A stretch of 64,000 nucleotides of DNA from an uncultured Candidatus Saccharibacteria bacterium (GTDB lineage Bacteria; Patescibacteriota; CPR2; UBA1875; CAIMLA01): contig CAZXMN010000001.1 in the NCBI GenBank assembly GCA_964641375.1, forward strand, positions 2,185 through 66,184. Reading direction: 5' to 3'. The stretch's first letter is position 1. Each line of letters begins with the position of its first letter. Both the position numbers and the translations under genes were made by a program. Shown piece after piece: positions 1 to 10,162 of this stretch. The notes beneath the pieces are model-generated. The model was given only the letters and a program-made list of their open reading frames with translations, was not told the origin of the DNA and ran no database searches.

Positions 1-1
1 T

Positions 2-778
2 GTCGCAACTAGTTTGAGACAACCAGGGTCTTCTTTCAAACCAATTGTTTATGCAACGGCTCTCATGAACGGCTTTACTGACACGACGATACTTCATGAT
101 ATATATGTAAATTATGGGGGTAATCCACCATATATTCCTCATAATTATAGTGGCGGATATTCTGGAAATGTGACCCTCAGAAACGCTCTAGCCGAATCTC
201 TTAACACTTGCGCAGTCGCTGTCGGTAAAGCCGTTGGACTAGATAAAATTATTAACACTGCTCATGCCATGGGGATAACTAGCCTCAATAGTGAGCCTTC
301 TAGTTATGGTTTGCCACTAGCCCTGGGTGCAGGCGAAGTAAAGCTTGTAGACATGGTAGAAGCATTTTCCGCGTTCGCCGATGGCGGCAAACGTATGCCA
401 CAAACGGCCATATTGAAAGTCTTAGATAATAAAGGAGATGAAATCCCCATGCCAGAGAGACATGAGCAACAAGTTATTCCCGAGCAAGTTGCCAAAACTA
501 TTTCTAGCATTCTATCGGATAACAAGGCCCGGTCGGCTACCTTTGGAACCAACAGTCCACTAAAGACAATCAAGACTACTGCAGTAAAAACAGGAACGAC
601 TGATAACTATGACGATTCTTGGACACTAGGCTATTCTGCAGACTACACCGTCGGGGTTTGGATGGGGAACAATGATCATACTCCGATGAAGCAGGTGAGT
701 GGCGTTGAGGGTGCTGCCTATGTTTGGCATGATATTATTACCGACATACTTGCCAACGTTCCGGATAAAGCCTTATAA
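2..778 (+). CDS. Penicillin-binding protein, transpeptidase domain, C-terminal part (5' truncated by window edge)
   Basis: In-frame from window start. SxxK (RQPGSSFKP), SGN and KTGTT motifs of acyl-serine transpeptidases are present. Confidence 0.75.
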   Translation, partial: VATSLRQPGSSFKPIVYATALMNGFTDTTILHDIYVNYGGNPPYIPHNYSGGYSGNVTLRNALAESLNTCAVAVGKAVGLDKIINTAHAMGITSLNSEPSSYGLPLALGAGEVKLVDMVEAFSAFADGGKRMPQTAILKVLDNKGDEIPMPERHEQQVIPEQVAKTISSILSDNKARSATFGTNSPLKTIKTTAVKTGTTDNYDDSWTLGYSADYTVGVWMGNNDHTPMKQVSGVEGAAYVWHDIITDILANVPDKAL

Positions 779-794
779 TCAACCCAGAGGAAAT

Positions 795-1199
795 ATGACA
801 AAAATATTATTAGTTGAAGATGAGAAGTCTATCCGAGATCTTTATGAGATAAAGCTTACAAAGAGCGGCTTTAACGTAGTTACTGCTGATAATGGCGGAA
901 AGGGTTGGGAACTTGCTCAAAAGGAGATTCCTGATCTAATACTCCTAGACGTGATGATGCCTGTGATGAACGGATTTGATGTCCTGAAAAAATTACGTGA
1001 AAAAGCCGAGACCAAGGATATCCCTGTCATCATCCTTTCAAATTATGGTGAAGTCGACCAAGTAACTAACGGCTTTTTGGTTGGAGCGACTGACTATCTG
1101 ATCAAGGCCGAGCATACTCCTTCAGACGTTGTACAAATTATCAATGAAACACTGAAAATTAAGGGCAATATTGCTGGCCATGCTTTCAAAGAAGAATAA
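795..1199 (+). CDS. Single-domain response regulator (CheY-like receiver, no output domain)
   Basis: ATG at 795 preceded by AGAGGA RBS. Receiver-domain motifs are present (LLVEDE, DLILLDVMMP). Paralogous to 44574-44942. Confidence 0.8.
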   Translation: MTKILLVEDEKSIRDLYEIKLTKSGFNVVTADNGGKGWELAQKEIPDLILLDVMMPVMNGFDVLKKLREKAETKDIPVIILSNYGEVDQVTNGFLVGATDYLIKAEHTPSDVVQIINETLKIKGNIAGHAFKEE

Positions 1200-1930
1200 T
1201 GGCTAGCTACAAGACCGCTGCTATTATTATAGCCAGATTGAACCTAGGAGAGTCAGATCGTATCTTGACTCTTTTTTCACCCTCGAAAGGAAAAACTCGG
1301 GCAATCGCAAAAGGCTCGAGAAAAACAAAGAGCAAATTTAGCGGTCATACTGAGCTTTTTACTCTCTGTGATTTAATTATTTCTACAGGCAAAAGTCTCG
1401 ATATAATCACGGACAGTGAGCTTACCACGAATTTTCTCGCCTCCAAACCTGATTTAGAAAGTGTCAAAACTGCTTATTTCATGGCCGAGGCCATTAATAA
1501 GCTACTACCAGACGATCAACCAAACATTGATATCTACAATCTCTTTCTTTGGTGTCTCAAACATTTAGATTCAGACAAGACAAATCTGGTTAGACTAATT
1601 TTTGTGACTAGGATTCTGAAAATATTAGGCATCTATCCTGAACTTTCGAAGTGTGTAAAATGTGAGATAAGACCCGACCCCGAAACTATCTATTTCAGTA
1701 AGGAAGCCGGTGGCGTTATCGATAAGGGCTGTTCGCTTCATTTTGCCGACGCAACGAGGACTAATCAAGATGTGATTAAACTATGGCGATTTCTGGCTGA
1801 TAGTAACTTCTCGGAGTTAAATAAAATTCGACCCTCTGCCGCTCTAGTGAACACGGCAAGTGAACTAGCCTTGGAATACATGAGGTGCGTAACTATGATT
1901 GACTACCGCAGCATCAGGGTGCTATCATAG
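1199..1930 (+). CDS. recO: DNA repair protein RecO
   Basis: N-terminal OB-fold sequence typical of RecO (KTAAIIIARLNLGESDRILTLFS), about 240 aa. Four Cys (CxxC x2) in the C-terminal half are consistent with the RecO zinc motif. Confidence 0.8.
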   Translation: MASYKTAAIIIARLNLGESDRILTLFSPSKGKTRAIAKGSRKTKSKFSGHTELFTLCDLIISTGKSLDIITDSELTTNFLASKPDLESVKTAYFMAEAINKLLPDDQPNIDIYNLFLWCLKHLDSDKTNLVRLIFVTRILKILGIYPELSKCVKCEIRPDPETIYFSKEAGGVIDKGCSLHFADATRTNQDVIKLWRFLADSNFSELNKIRPSAALVNTASELALEYMRCVTMIDYRSIRVLS

Positions 1931-1934
1931 CTCT

Positions 1935-2249
1935 ATGAAAAATCAGGGCGAAGATATATCAACATTGGCTTGGACAAGGGCAGATTTCGAGAAAGAGGGT
2001 GAAGAAATCCCTGATTGTTTACAAGAAGACGACGTTCACACTGAAGGCGAGTTAATGAGCCGCGAAGAAATTGACACCTGGATTGCTGATTCCCATAAGT
2101 CATTCTGTATATTTCAAGAGCAGAATCCGGAACTTTTTAGTTTGCTCTATGACGAATTCGTCGTTGATGTTCATTATCTACAAGAGTTGGGAAAAATTAC
2201 AGACGATGAAGCGAGTGTTATACTAGATAAAAGTAATTACACGTTTTAG
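1935..2249 (+). CDS. Hypothetical small acidic protein
   Basis: ATG immediately after recO stop. 104 aa, no recognisable domain. Confidence 0.4.
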   Translation: MKNQGEDISTLAWTRADFEKEGEEIPDCLQEDDVHTEGELMSREEIDTWIADSHKSFCIFQEQNPELFSLLYDEFVVDVHYLQELGKITDDEASVILDKSNYTF

Positions 2250-2256
2250 GAGAAAT

Positions 2257-3636
2257 ATGGCTGCAAAAGACGAAAAACTGATGGAAAAAGTTCAAACTCT
2301 CGCTAGAAACAGGGGCTTTGTATATCCTGATTCCGAAATTTATGGTGGCATGGCAAACACTTGGGATTTTGGACCCCTGGGTGTTGAACTCAAAAATAAC
2401 TTAAAACGCGAATGGTGGAAGTTTTTTGTACAGTCTCATATCAATATGGTCGGTGTCGATTCAGCTATTATTATGAACCCACGCGTTTGGGAAGCTTCAG
2501 GTCACGTTGGACAGTTTGGCGATGTCTTAGTCGATTGTAAAAAATGCAAAAATCGCTTTCGAGCCGATCATCTCATCGAAGATGCTATCAAGATTGACGT
2601 TGAAGGAAAACCGCTCTCAGAGATCTCCAAAGTTATCAAAGAAAACAACATTAAATGTACTGTTTGCGGCGCTTCTGACTGGACTGAGGCTAGAAATTTC
2701 AATATTTTATTCCAGACAAGCATAGGTGTTGTTGAAGATGAAAAATCCCTGGCCTATTTGAGGGGAGAGACTGCCCAAGGTATGTTTGTGAATTTCAAAA
2801 ATATTGTCGCTACATCTAGAAAACGAGTCCCTTTCGGTATCGCTCAAATCGGGAAAGCTTTTCGAAATGAAATCACTCCAGGTAACTATATCTTCCGAAC
2901 TCGAGAATTCGAAATTGCCGAGTTTGAGTATTTCATTAACCCAAAAGAATGGGAAAAATCTTTCGAATTCTGGCTTACAAAGATGCATGAATTTGCGGAA
3001 GTTATTGGTTTACCCAAAGGAATGCTTCATGATCATGAAATACCAAAAGAAAAGATGGCTCATTATTCTAAACGAACTGTTGACATAGAATTCGATTTTC
3101 CTTTTGGTCAAAAAGAACTTTGGGGCCTCGCATATAGACAAGATTATGATCTCTCAAAACATATTGAGTATTCCAAAGAAGATCTTTCATATACCGACCC
3201 TGTCACTAATGATAAGTTCGTTCCACACGTCATCGAGCCAACCTTTGGCGTTGAGAGAACAATGCTAGCAATATTATGCTCAGCTTATAGCGAGGAAGAT
3301 GTTCACGGCGAGTCTAGAACGGTCCTACGTTTACCGGTTACACTTGCACCTTTCAAATTCGCTGTCTTGCCACTCTCGAAAAAACCGGAGCTTGAAGAAA
3401 AAGCCAAGGAAGTATGGGATATACTTTCAAAAAAGGGCAATACAGATTATGACGAAACCCAAAGTATTGGCAGACGTTACCGTCGTCAGGACGAGATTGG
3501 AACACCCTATTGCGTCACTGTCGATTTTGAATCGCTTACAGATAACGCCGTTACGATCCGTGACCGAGATACCATGGAACAAAAACGTATAAAAATCTCT
3601 GAATTATCCACTTTTCTTGAACAATCGGGTCAATAA
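2257..3636 (+). CDS. glyQS: Glycyl-tRNA synthetase, alpha2 dimeric type
   Basis: 459 aa. N-terminus (RGFVYPDSEIYGGMANTWDFGPLG) and class II motifs are typical of GlyQS. RBS AGGAGAAAT precedes the start. Confidence 0.9.
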   Translation: MAAKDEKLMEKVQTLARNRGFVYPDSEIYGGMANTWDFGPLGVELKNNLKREWWKFFVQSHINMVGVDSAIIMNPRVWEASGHVGQFGDVLVDCKKCKNRFRADHLIEDAIKIDVEGKPLSEISKVIKENNIKCTVCGASDWTEARNFNILFQTSIGVVEDEKSLAYLRGETAQGMFVNFKNIVATSRKRVPFGIAQIGKAFRNEITPGNYIFRTREFEIAEFEYFINPKEWEKSFEFWLTKMHEFAEVIGLPKGMLHDHEIPKEKMAHYSKRTVDIEFDFPFGQKELWGLAYRQDYDLSKHIEYSKEDLSYTDPVTNDKFVPHVIEPTFGVERTMLAILCSAYSEEDVHGESRTVLRLPVTLAPFKFAVLPLSKKPELEEKAKEVWDILSKKGNTDYDETQSIGRRYRRQDEIGTPYCVTVDFESLTDNAVTIRDRDTMEQKRIKISELSTFLEQSGQ

Positions 3637-3642
3637 AAATAC

Positions 3643-3671
3643 TTGACATTATTCGTTTAAAAAAGTAAGAT
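3643..3671 (+). promoter_or_regulatory. Putative sigma70 promoter for greA (TTGACA-N17-TAAGAT)
   Basis: Consensus -35 seen in sequence. The -10 matches 4 of 6 positions. Confidence 0.35.
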
Positions 3672-3700
3672 TTCAAAAGTAATTATTACCTCTATACCAC

Positions 3701-3730
3701 ATAGGAGTGAACGAAACTCCTATCTTTTTA
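3701..3730 (+). promoter_or_regulatory. greA leader hairpin plus U-tract (attenuator/terminator-like)
   Basis: Perfect 8 bp stem ATAGGAGT/ACTCCTAT with 7 nt loop, followed by CTTTTTA. Lies between the putative promoter and the greA RBS. Confidence 0.4.
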
Positions 3731-3749
3731 CTCTAAAAAGGAGAAAATC

Positions 3750-4220
3750 ATGGACACAACCAAAGAAGTTTACCTGACAAAAGATGGCTTGGAAAAGTTA
3801 CAAAAAGAATACGATGAACTTACGACAACTGGTCGCAAGAAAATTGCTGAAATGATTAAAACTGCCAAAGAATATGGTGACCTTTCTGAAAATTCTGAAT
3901 ACGCCGATGCTAAGGATCAACAAGTCTTTATCGAAGGCAGAATCTCAGAATTAGAACATATTCTAAAAAACGCCGTAATGATTGACGAATCTCACAATAA
4001 TTGTTCAGTAGTTAATGTTGGCTGCAGTGTAAACGTGGAGCTTGAGACTGGTGAAATGGAATTCAGGATAGTTGGTTCGGCTGAGGCTGATCCTTCTAAG
4101 GGCTGGATATCAAACGAGTCGCCAATCGGCAAGGCGCTGCTCGGAAAAAAATCCGGTGATGTCGTAGAGGTCGCGGTCCCAGCCGGTAATATGCAGTACA
4201 AAATCAAGAAAATCAAATAA
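3750..4220 (+). CDS. greA: Transcription elongation factor GreA
   Basis: 156 aa. N-terminal coiled coil and C-terminal FKBP-like domain are conserved in GreA. Confidence 0.9.
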   Translation: MDTTKEVYLTKDGLEKLQKEYDELTTTGRKKIAEMIKTAKEYGDLSENSEYADAKDQQVFIEGRISELEHILKNAVMIDESHNNCSVVNVGCSVNVELETGEMEFRIVGSAEADPSKGWISNESPIGKALLGKKSGDVVEVAVPAGNMQYKIKKIK

Positions 4221-4238
4221 TTTGTTATGAAACCCCTT

Positions 4239-4277
4239 CAAAAGCCCATTAGCGGCAACGTCAAAAGGGGTTTTTTG
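4239..4277 (+). terminator. Rho-independent terminator after greA
   Basis: AACCCCTT...AAGGGGTT stem followed by TTTTTTG. Confidence 0.7.
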
Positions 4278-4398
4278 ATAGCAATTTAGCCACAACTACG
4301 CTAAAATATGTTTATTGTTCGAGCCTGTCGAGAACCAGTTTGTAGGTTCACTTTGTTCACTCGAAGAATATAATATTTTATACGAAAGAACTTGGACG

Positions 4399-5949
4399 AT
4401 GTTTTGGGCAGATGAAATTGCAATCAAATTAGATAAAAAGAAAAAGCAACTAGTAGATGATGCTTTCAGTACTTCAGGACCAGCCCACGTGGGCAGTCTT
4501 CGTGGTTTTGTAATACACGATATAGTTCACAAAACTTTACTTGCTGATGGGTTGGACGCAAGATTCACTTTTATCCTTGATGACTTTGATCCCGTGGACG
4601 AACTTCCGGGAGTCAATTTTGATAAGAAAATTATTGAGGCCGAGATGGGCAAACCTCTCTTCATGGCAATCTCACCAGACAAAAACAAATCTTTAGCTGA
4701 CTACTATTCGGAACAAATTGTCGGATCAGCTAGCAAGGCTGGGGTCCATCCTGAATATCTGAAAAACTCTGAGCTTTATCAAACTGGCAAATTTAACGAA
4801 GTTATTCGTGTTGCCCTAGATAACGCGACAAAAATACGTGAAATTTATAAAAAAGTTACTGGTTCTGAACGGCCCGATAATTGGTATCCCTTTCAGCCGA
4901 TTTGTGAAAATTGTGGGAAAGTTGGAACTACAACAGCCGTTGATTGGGACGGCGAGCAAGTTTCATACGAATGTGAAGTGGATAAAGTTGACTGGGCAAA
5001 AGGATGTGGTCACAAAGGAAAAGTGTCACCCTTTAATGGAACTGGGAAACTCTACTGGCGTGTCGAATGGCCTGCTCGCATGACTGCTCTAGGAGTTACT
5101 GTCGAGGGTGAGGGCAAGGACCATTGGGTAGCCGGTGGGTCCAGAGAAATGGCAGACATTATTATGAGGGAAATATACAAATATCCATCACCACAAGACA
5201 TCCGCTATGAATTCTTTGTCATTGATGGCAAAAAAATGAGTAAATCCAAAGGCACCGGAATCACTGCTGACGAAATTACCGATATTTTGCCAGTTGAACT
5301 ATTACGATACTTACTGGCCAAGAATCCACGAAAAGAAGTTGATTTTAATCCTAAGGGTGTCACGATTCCAAACCTTTTCGATGACTATGATCGCGCCATG
5401 CATGCTTTTAACAAAGAAGTCGACTTCCCGGATCTTGGCAGGGCTTACGAAATTGTGCAGGAGAAAGGCTTCGAACCAGGCTATAGGATGAGATTTTCCA
5501 AAGTAGCACAAGCTATCCAAATGCCAAAAATTGATATTTTTATCGATGCTGAAACAGAGAAGGGTAGTAAACTTACCAAATATGAAATAGGGAAGCTGAA
5601 CGAAAGAATCGAATATGCTAGGAAATGGCTTGAGAAATATGCTCCTGCTGATTTTGTTTTCAAAGTCCTAGACAAAGAACCGGATATTAAACTTTCCGAA
5701 ATCCAGAAAGAATTCCTCGACAAACTTTCAGCTGTTTTTAATGAGAATAAAACTTGGTCAGGAGACGATCTACATTCAGCTATCCACGAGGTCAAGAAAT
5801 CAACGGATATAACCCCACAGGATGCTTTCTCGGCCATTTATCTATCTTTCCTAGGCAAAGACTCGGGACCTCAGGCTGGCTGGCTCCTTGCTTCCCTAGA
5901 ACATGATTTTGTAACAAACCGCTTGTATAATATATGTAGGAGTAAATAA
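4399..5949 (+). CDS. lysK: Lysyl-tRNA synthetase, class I type
   Basis: N-terminus MFWADEIAIK resembles archaeal-type class I LysRS. A HIGH-like motif (PAHVGSLRG) and KMSKSKG are present. Start moved from the TTG at 4315 to the ATG at 4399 based on the family N-terminus. Confidence 0.8.
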   Translation: MFWADEIAIKLDKKKKQLVDDAFSTSGPAHVGSLRGFVIHDIVHKTLLADGLDARFTFILDDFDPVDELPGVNFDKKIIEAEMGKPLFMAISPDKNKSLADYYSEQIVGSASKAGVHPEYLKNSELYQTGKFNEVIRVALDNATKIREIYKKVTGSERPDNWYPFQPICENCGKVGTTTAVDWDGEQVSYECEVDKVDWAKGCGHKGKVSPFNGTGKLYWRVEWPARMTALGVTVEGEGKDHWVAGGSREMADIIMREIYKYPSPQDIRYEFFVIDGKKMSKSKGTGITADEITDILPVELLRYLLAKNPRKEVDFNPKGVTIPNLFDDYDRAMHAFNKEVDFPDLGRAYEIVQEKGFEPGYRMRFSKVAQAIQMPKIDIFIDAETEKGSKLTKYEIGKLNERIEYARKWLEKYAPADFVFKVLDKEPDIKLSEIQKEFLDKLSAVFNENKTWSGDDLHSAIHEVKKSTDITPQDAFSAIYLSFLGKDSGPQAGWLLASLEHDFVTNRLYNICRSK

Positions 5950-7208
5950 TGCTAGACATCAAATATATTCGCGATCATGCGGACGAAGTAAAAGAGAATA
6001 TCAAAAACCGTGGACTGAATGTAGATGTTGACGAGCTGCTTAAGCTCGACAAAAGTCGTTTGGAGTTACTATCAGAAGTTGAAAAACTCAGAAATACCAA
6101 AAATAAACCGAGTGGTAAGCCAACTCCTACCGAACTCACTGAGTTAAAGAAGGTTAAAGAAAAAGAGGACAAGCTTTCTGCCGAACTGGACAATGTCGAA
6201 GTAAGTTACAAGGCTTTGCTTTTTGCCATCCCAAATACGACCCATCCTGACTCTCCAATTGGTAAGGACGATAGTGAAAATGTCGAGATTCGTAAAGTCG
6301 GGAAAGTTCCCAAATTTGATTTCTCACCTCTTGACCATGTCGAGCTGGGCGAAAAACTTGGCATCATAGATTTCGAGGCCGGTTCTAAGGTTACTGGGGC
6401 TAAATTTTATTTTCTAAAGAATGAGGCTGTTCTTCTAGAACAGGCACTAATTAATTACGGCCTTGATATTCTCCAGAAGGAAGGTTTTTCTCTCATAGCC
6501 ACACCTGATCTTGCAAAAACCGAAATTGTGAATAATATGGGATATCAACCACGTGGACCAGAAGCCCAGATATATAATATAGAGGGAGGCGACCTTTCAC
6601 TAATAGGTACTGCCGAGATTACCCTGGGTGGACTTTATGCCGGAGAAATTATTGATGAGAAAAAGTTGCCCATAACTCTCGCTGGCCTGTCTCATTGTTT
6701 TCGTACTGAAGCAGGTGCATATGGCCGCCATTCTAAGGGTCTCTACCGCGTTCATCAATTCTCCAAGCTCGAAATGTTCGTATTTTGTAAACCTGAAGAT
6801 TCAGATAAGTGGCACGAGAAACTGGTCAAACTGGAGGAAAAAATATTTGCTGGTCTCGAAATACCATATCGCGTAGTCGACATCTGCACCGGTGATATGG
6901 GTGCCGTCGCTTATAGAAAGTATGACCTCGAAGGCTGGATGCCAGGCCGTGGTGATTATGGCGAAATAACATCAACATCCAATTGCACCGATTATCAGGC
7001 TAGAAACTTAGGTATTAAATATCGCAAAGCGGATGGCTCGTCTGAATATCTTCATATGTTGAATGGCACTGGAATCGCAATCTCTAGAGCGTTAATTGTA
7101 CTTCTGGAAAATAATCAGCAAGCCGATGGCAGTGTGAAAGTTCCAAAAGTCTTACAAAAATACATTGGAAAATCTGTTATTAAACTAGGAGGCAAAGATG
7201 AAGGTTAA
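5949..7208 (+). CDS. serS: Seryl-tRNA synthetase
   Basis: 419 aa. N-terminal coiled-coil arm and class II core are present, starting MLDIKYIRDHADEVKENIKNRG. Confidence 0.9.
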   Translation: MLDIKYIRDHADEVKENIKNRGLNVDVDELLKLDKSRLELLSEVEKLRNTKNKPSGKPTPTELTELKKVKEKEDKLSAELDNVEVSYKALLFAIPNTTHPDSPIGKDDSENVEIRKVGKVPKFDFSPLDHVELGEKLGIIDFEAGSKVTGAKFYFLKNEAVLLEQALINYGLDILQKEGFSLIATPDLAKTEIVNNMGYQPRGPEAQIYNIEGGDLSLIGTAEITLGGLYAGEIIDEKKLPITLAGLSHCFRTEAGAYGRHSKGLYRVHQFSKLEMFVFCKPEDSDKWHEKLVKLEEKIFAGLEIPYRVVDICTGDMGAVAYRKYDLEGWMPGRGDYGEITSTSNCTDYQARNLGIKYRKADGSSEYLHMLNGTGIAISRALIVLLENNQQADGSVKVPKVLQKYIGKSVIKLGGKDEG

Positions 7209-7557
7209 CATCACGGGTCATGAGACAATTTTAACCCCCCAAGTCAAGAAATATGCTGAACAAAAACTGAATAAACTCTGTAAGCGTTATAAACAAATTA
7301 TGAGCGCTGACGCGGTGTTAGAAGAAGACCACAACAAGAAGGAGAAAACAGCTGCAACTGCAAAAGTTTTGCTCAAAATGAAGGGGCAAGACATCACGGC
7401 AACATCATCAGAGAGAACCGTATTCGCAGCTATCGACGAAACCGAGAGAAAACTCGTAAAACAGCTTGACCGTGAAAAATCAAAATACGATCCTAATAAT
7501 TTGAGGGTTTTAAAGGGTAAAAAACTACTTCAGAAACTTTTCCATTGGGATCAATAA
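7198..7557 (+). CDS. hpf: Ribosome hibernation promoting factor / RaiA family
   Basis: 119 aa, typical YfiA/HPF N-terminus (MKVNITGHETILTPQVKKYAEQKL). Confidence 0.85.
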   Translation: MKVNITGHETILTPQVKKYAEQKLNKLCKRYKQIMSADAVLEEDHNKKEKTAATAKVLLKMKGQDITATSSERTVFAAIDETERKLVKQLDREKSKYDPNNLRVLKGKKLLQKLFHWDQ

Positions 7558-7564
7558 GGACATT

Positions 7565-10162
7565 ATGACAATTTTTTCAAATATATTCGGTGATCCGAAC
7601 CAGAAGAAGATTAATAAGATTAAACCTATCGTTGACAGCACAAATGCCCTCGAAGAAGGTGTAAAGAAGCTCAGCGATAAGGCTATTCGTGATCGTATCG
7701 TTACTCTACGCCAAGAAATTGAGATAAAACTCGGGAAAGAAAAGGGGAAAGAGGAAGATAACGAATCGGTAAGAACGGTTGAAAATGACGTATTGGAGCC
7801 CTATATTCCTGAAGTCTTTGCGTTGACTCGTGAAGCCTCATGGAGGGCTATTGGTCAAAGACACTTCGACGTTCAACTTATTGGTGGATATGTTCTTCAC
7901 GAAGGCAGTATCGCCGAAATGATGACAGGTGAAGGCAAAACACTGGTGGCAACACTAGCGACAACCTTAAATGCACTTACTGGTAAGGGTGTTCACATTA
8001 TTACCGTTAATGATTATCTGGCGCGCCGTGACGCTGGCTGGATGGGACAGATCTACCATTTTCTTGGACTCTCTGTAGGTGTAATTGTTCACGATGAGGC
8101 CTTCCTCTTTGACCCTGGGTACGATAACGAAAAGGTTTTAGACGAAGCAACTGAGCACTTGAGACCTGTTTCTCGTAAGGATGCTTATGCCGCCGATATC
8201 ACTTATGGCACAAATAATGAATTTGGTTTCGACTACTTACGCGACAATATGGTCCAATCTCTCGATCAAATGGTTCAGAGACCACTTCACTTCGCCATCG
8301 TTGACGAAGTTGACTCTATCTTGATTGACGAAGCCAGAACTCCGCTTATTATTTCCGCTCCAGCAGAGGAAAGCACTGATAAATACATGCAAATCGATCG
8401 CTTGGTCAAACAGTTAAATAGTGAGAAGGATTATACCGTAGACGAGAAGCAAAAAGCCGTCTCACTGACCGATGAAGGCATCGCACATATGGAAAAACTC
8501 CTTGGCGTTGATAACATTTATGAGGAATATGGCATCGAGAATGTCCATCATATCGAACAAGCCCTGAAAGCAAATATACTTTTCAAGCTCGATAAAGATT
8601 ACGTCGTCAAAGACGGTGAAATCGTCATCGTTGATGAGTTCACTGGACGTCTGATGCTCGGGCGTCGTTTCAGTGAAGGCCTTCACCAGGCTATTGAAGC
8701 AAAAGAAGGCGTTGAGGTTAAACGTGAGTCTTTAACTTTAGCTACCATCTCTTTTCAAAATTTATTTCGTCTGTATGTAAAGCTTGCAGGTATGACCGGT
8801 ACGGCCGTTACTGAAGCTGAGGAATTTTCAAAAATATACAAACTTGAAGTTATCAAGATTCCTACCAATAGGACAAATGTTCGTCATGACGAAACTGACA
8901 TGATTTACAAAAACGAACGTGGCAAGTTTATGTCAGTAGTAAATGACATCAAAGAGAGAAACCAGAAAGGTCAACCGGTTCTCGTTGGTACAGTTTCTAT
9001 CGAAAAGAATGAGATACTGGGTGATCTACTTAAGCGTGCCGGAATCAAACACGAACTTCTGAACGCCAAGAATCACGAACGTGAAGCTATGATTATCAAA
9101 AATGCCGGCCAAAAAGGCGCTGTTACTGTAGCTACCAATATGGCTGGTCGTGGTACAGATATTGTTCTTGGTGACGGTGTTGCCGAACTGGGTGGATTAC
9201 ATGTTATAGGCACAGAAAGACATGAATCCAGACGTATCGATAATCAGCTCCGTGGTCGTTGTGCTCGTCAGGGCGACCCCGGCTCGACTCAATTCTTTGT
9301 TTCATTAGATGACGACCTCATGCGTATTTTCGGCAGTGAGCGAGTCGGTCAAATAATGGAAACTCTCGGTCTTCCAGAAGATCAACCAATCCAACATGCT
9401 ATGATTTCTAAATCTCTTGAATCTGCTCAACGTAAGGTTGAAGGTCACAACTTCGATATCCGTAAACATCTCGTGGAATACGATGATGTTATGAATAAAC
9501 AGCGCGCCTATATCTACAATTTACGCTATCGAATCCTCTCAAAAGAAAGTCTGAAGGATGATTATTTCGAGATTTTACACAATACAGCTGCGGGTCTGGT
9601 GGCTTTGAACACAAACGCTGAAACGAATGAAATCATGCTAGAGGGCCTCAAGAAAGAACTGGTCGGCATTACAGGTCAAACGGTTGAGCTTGACAAGAAA
9701 CTCATTCACAGGCCGGTTGCAGAGGTTACAGAGGCTATTTATGATATGCTCGCAAAGGTTTATGATGACAAAGAGAAACGCACCACACCAGAGATGATGA
9801 GAATCTTAGAACGTGCTCTTTATCTACGTACTATTGACATGCTCTGGATTGATCACCTAGACGCTATGGATCATCTGAGAGACGGTATTGGCCTTCGTGG
9901 TTATGGTCAGAAAGATCCACTTGTTGAGTACAAAAACGAGTCTTATCGAATGTTTAAGACATTGCTTGGTGCAATCGAAAGTGAGCTTGTCGGACTAGTT
10001 TACAAAGTTGAAATCACCTCGAATCTGACATCACCAACTCAGAAAAGAGCTGCAGCTGATTCTGCTGGTAGATTATCCAGAGACATCAACAAAACCATAG
10101 GGCGAAATGACCCTTGTCCATGTGGTAGCGGTAAGAAATATAAAAAGTGCTGCGGTAAATGA
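7565..10162 (+). CDS. secA: Preprotein translocase ATPase SecA
   Basis: 865 aa. DEAD-like motor motifs and the C-terminal zinc finger CPCGSGKKYKKCCG are present. Confidence 0.95.
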   Translation: MTIFSNIFGDPNQKKINKIKPIVDSTNALEEGVKKLSDKAIRDRIVTLRQEIEIKLGKEKGKEEDNESVRTVENDVLEPYIPEVFALTREASWRAIGQRHFDVQLIGGYVLHEGSIAEMMTGEGKTLVATLATTLNALTGKGVHIITVNDYLARRDAGWMGQIYHFLGLSVGVIVHDEAFLFDPGYDNEKVLDEATEHLRPVSRKDAYAADITYGTNNEFGFDYLRDNMVQSLDQMVQRPLHFAIVDEVDSILIDEARTPLIISAPAEESTDKYMQIDRLVKQLNSEKDYTVDEKQKAVSLTDEGIAHMEKLLGVDNIYEEYGIENVHHIEQALKANILFKLDKDYVVKDGEIVIVDEFTGRLMLGRRFSEGLHQAIEAKEGVEVKRESLTLATISFQNLFRLYVKLAGMTGTAVTEAEEFSKIYKLEVIKIPTNRTNVRHDETDMIYKNERGKFMSVVNDIKERNQKGQPVLVGTVSIEKNEILGDLLKRAGIKHELLNAKNHEREAMIIKNAGQKGAVTVATNMAGRGTDIVLGDGVAELGGLHVIGTERHESRRIDNQLRGRCARQGDPGSTQFFVSLDDDLMRIFGSERVGQIMETLGLPEDQPIQHAMISKSLESAQRKVEGHNFDIRKHLVEYDDVMNKQRAYIYNLRYRILSKESLKDDYFEILHNTAAGLVALNTNAETNEIMLEGLKKELVGITGQTVELDKKLIHRPVAEVTEAIYDMLAKVYDDKEKRTTPEMMRILERALYLRTIDMLWIDHLDAMDHLRDGIGLRGYGQKDPLVEYKNESYRMFKTLLGAIESELVGLVYKVEITSNLTSPTQKRAAADSAGRLSRDINKTIGRNDPCPCGSGKKYKKCCGK

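Noticed and set aside
4315-4398. TTG start for lysK given by the ORF track
   Set aside because: The class I LysRS family N-terminus (M.WAD) begins at the ATG at 4399.
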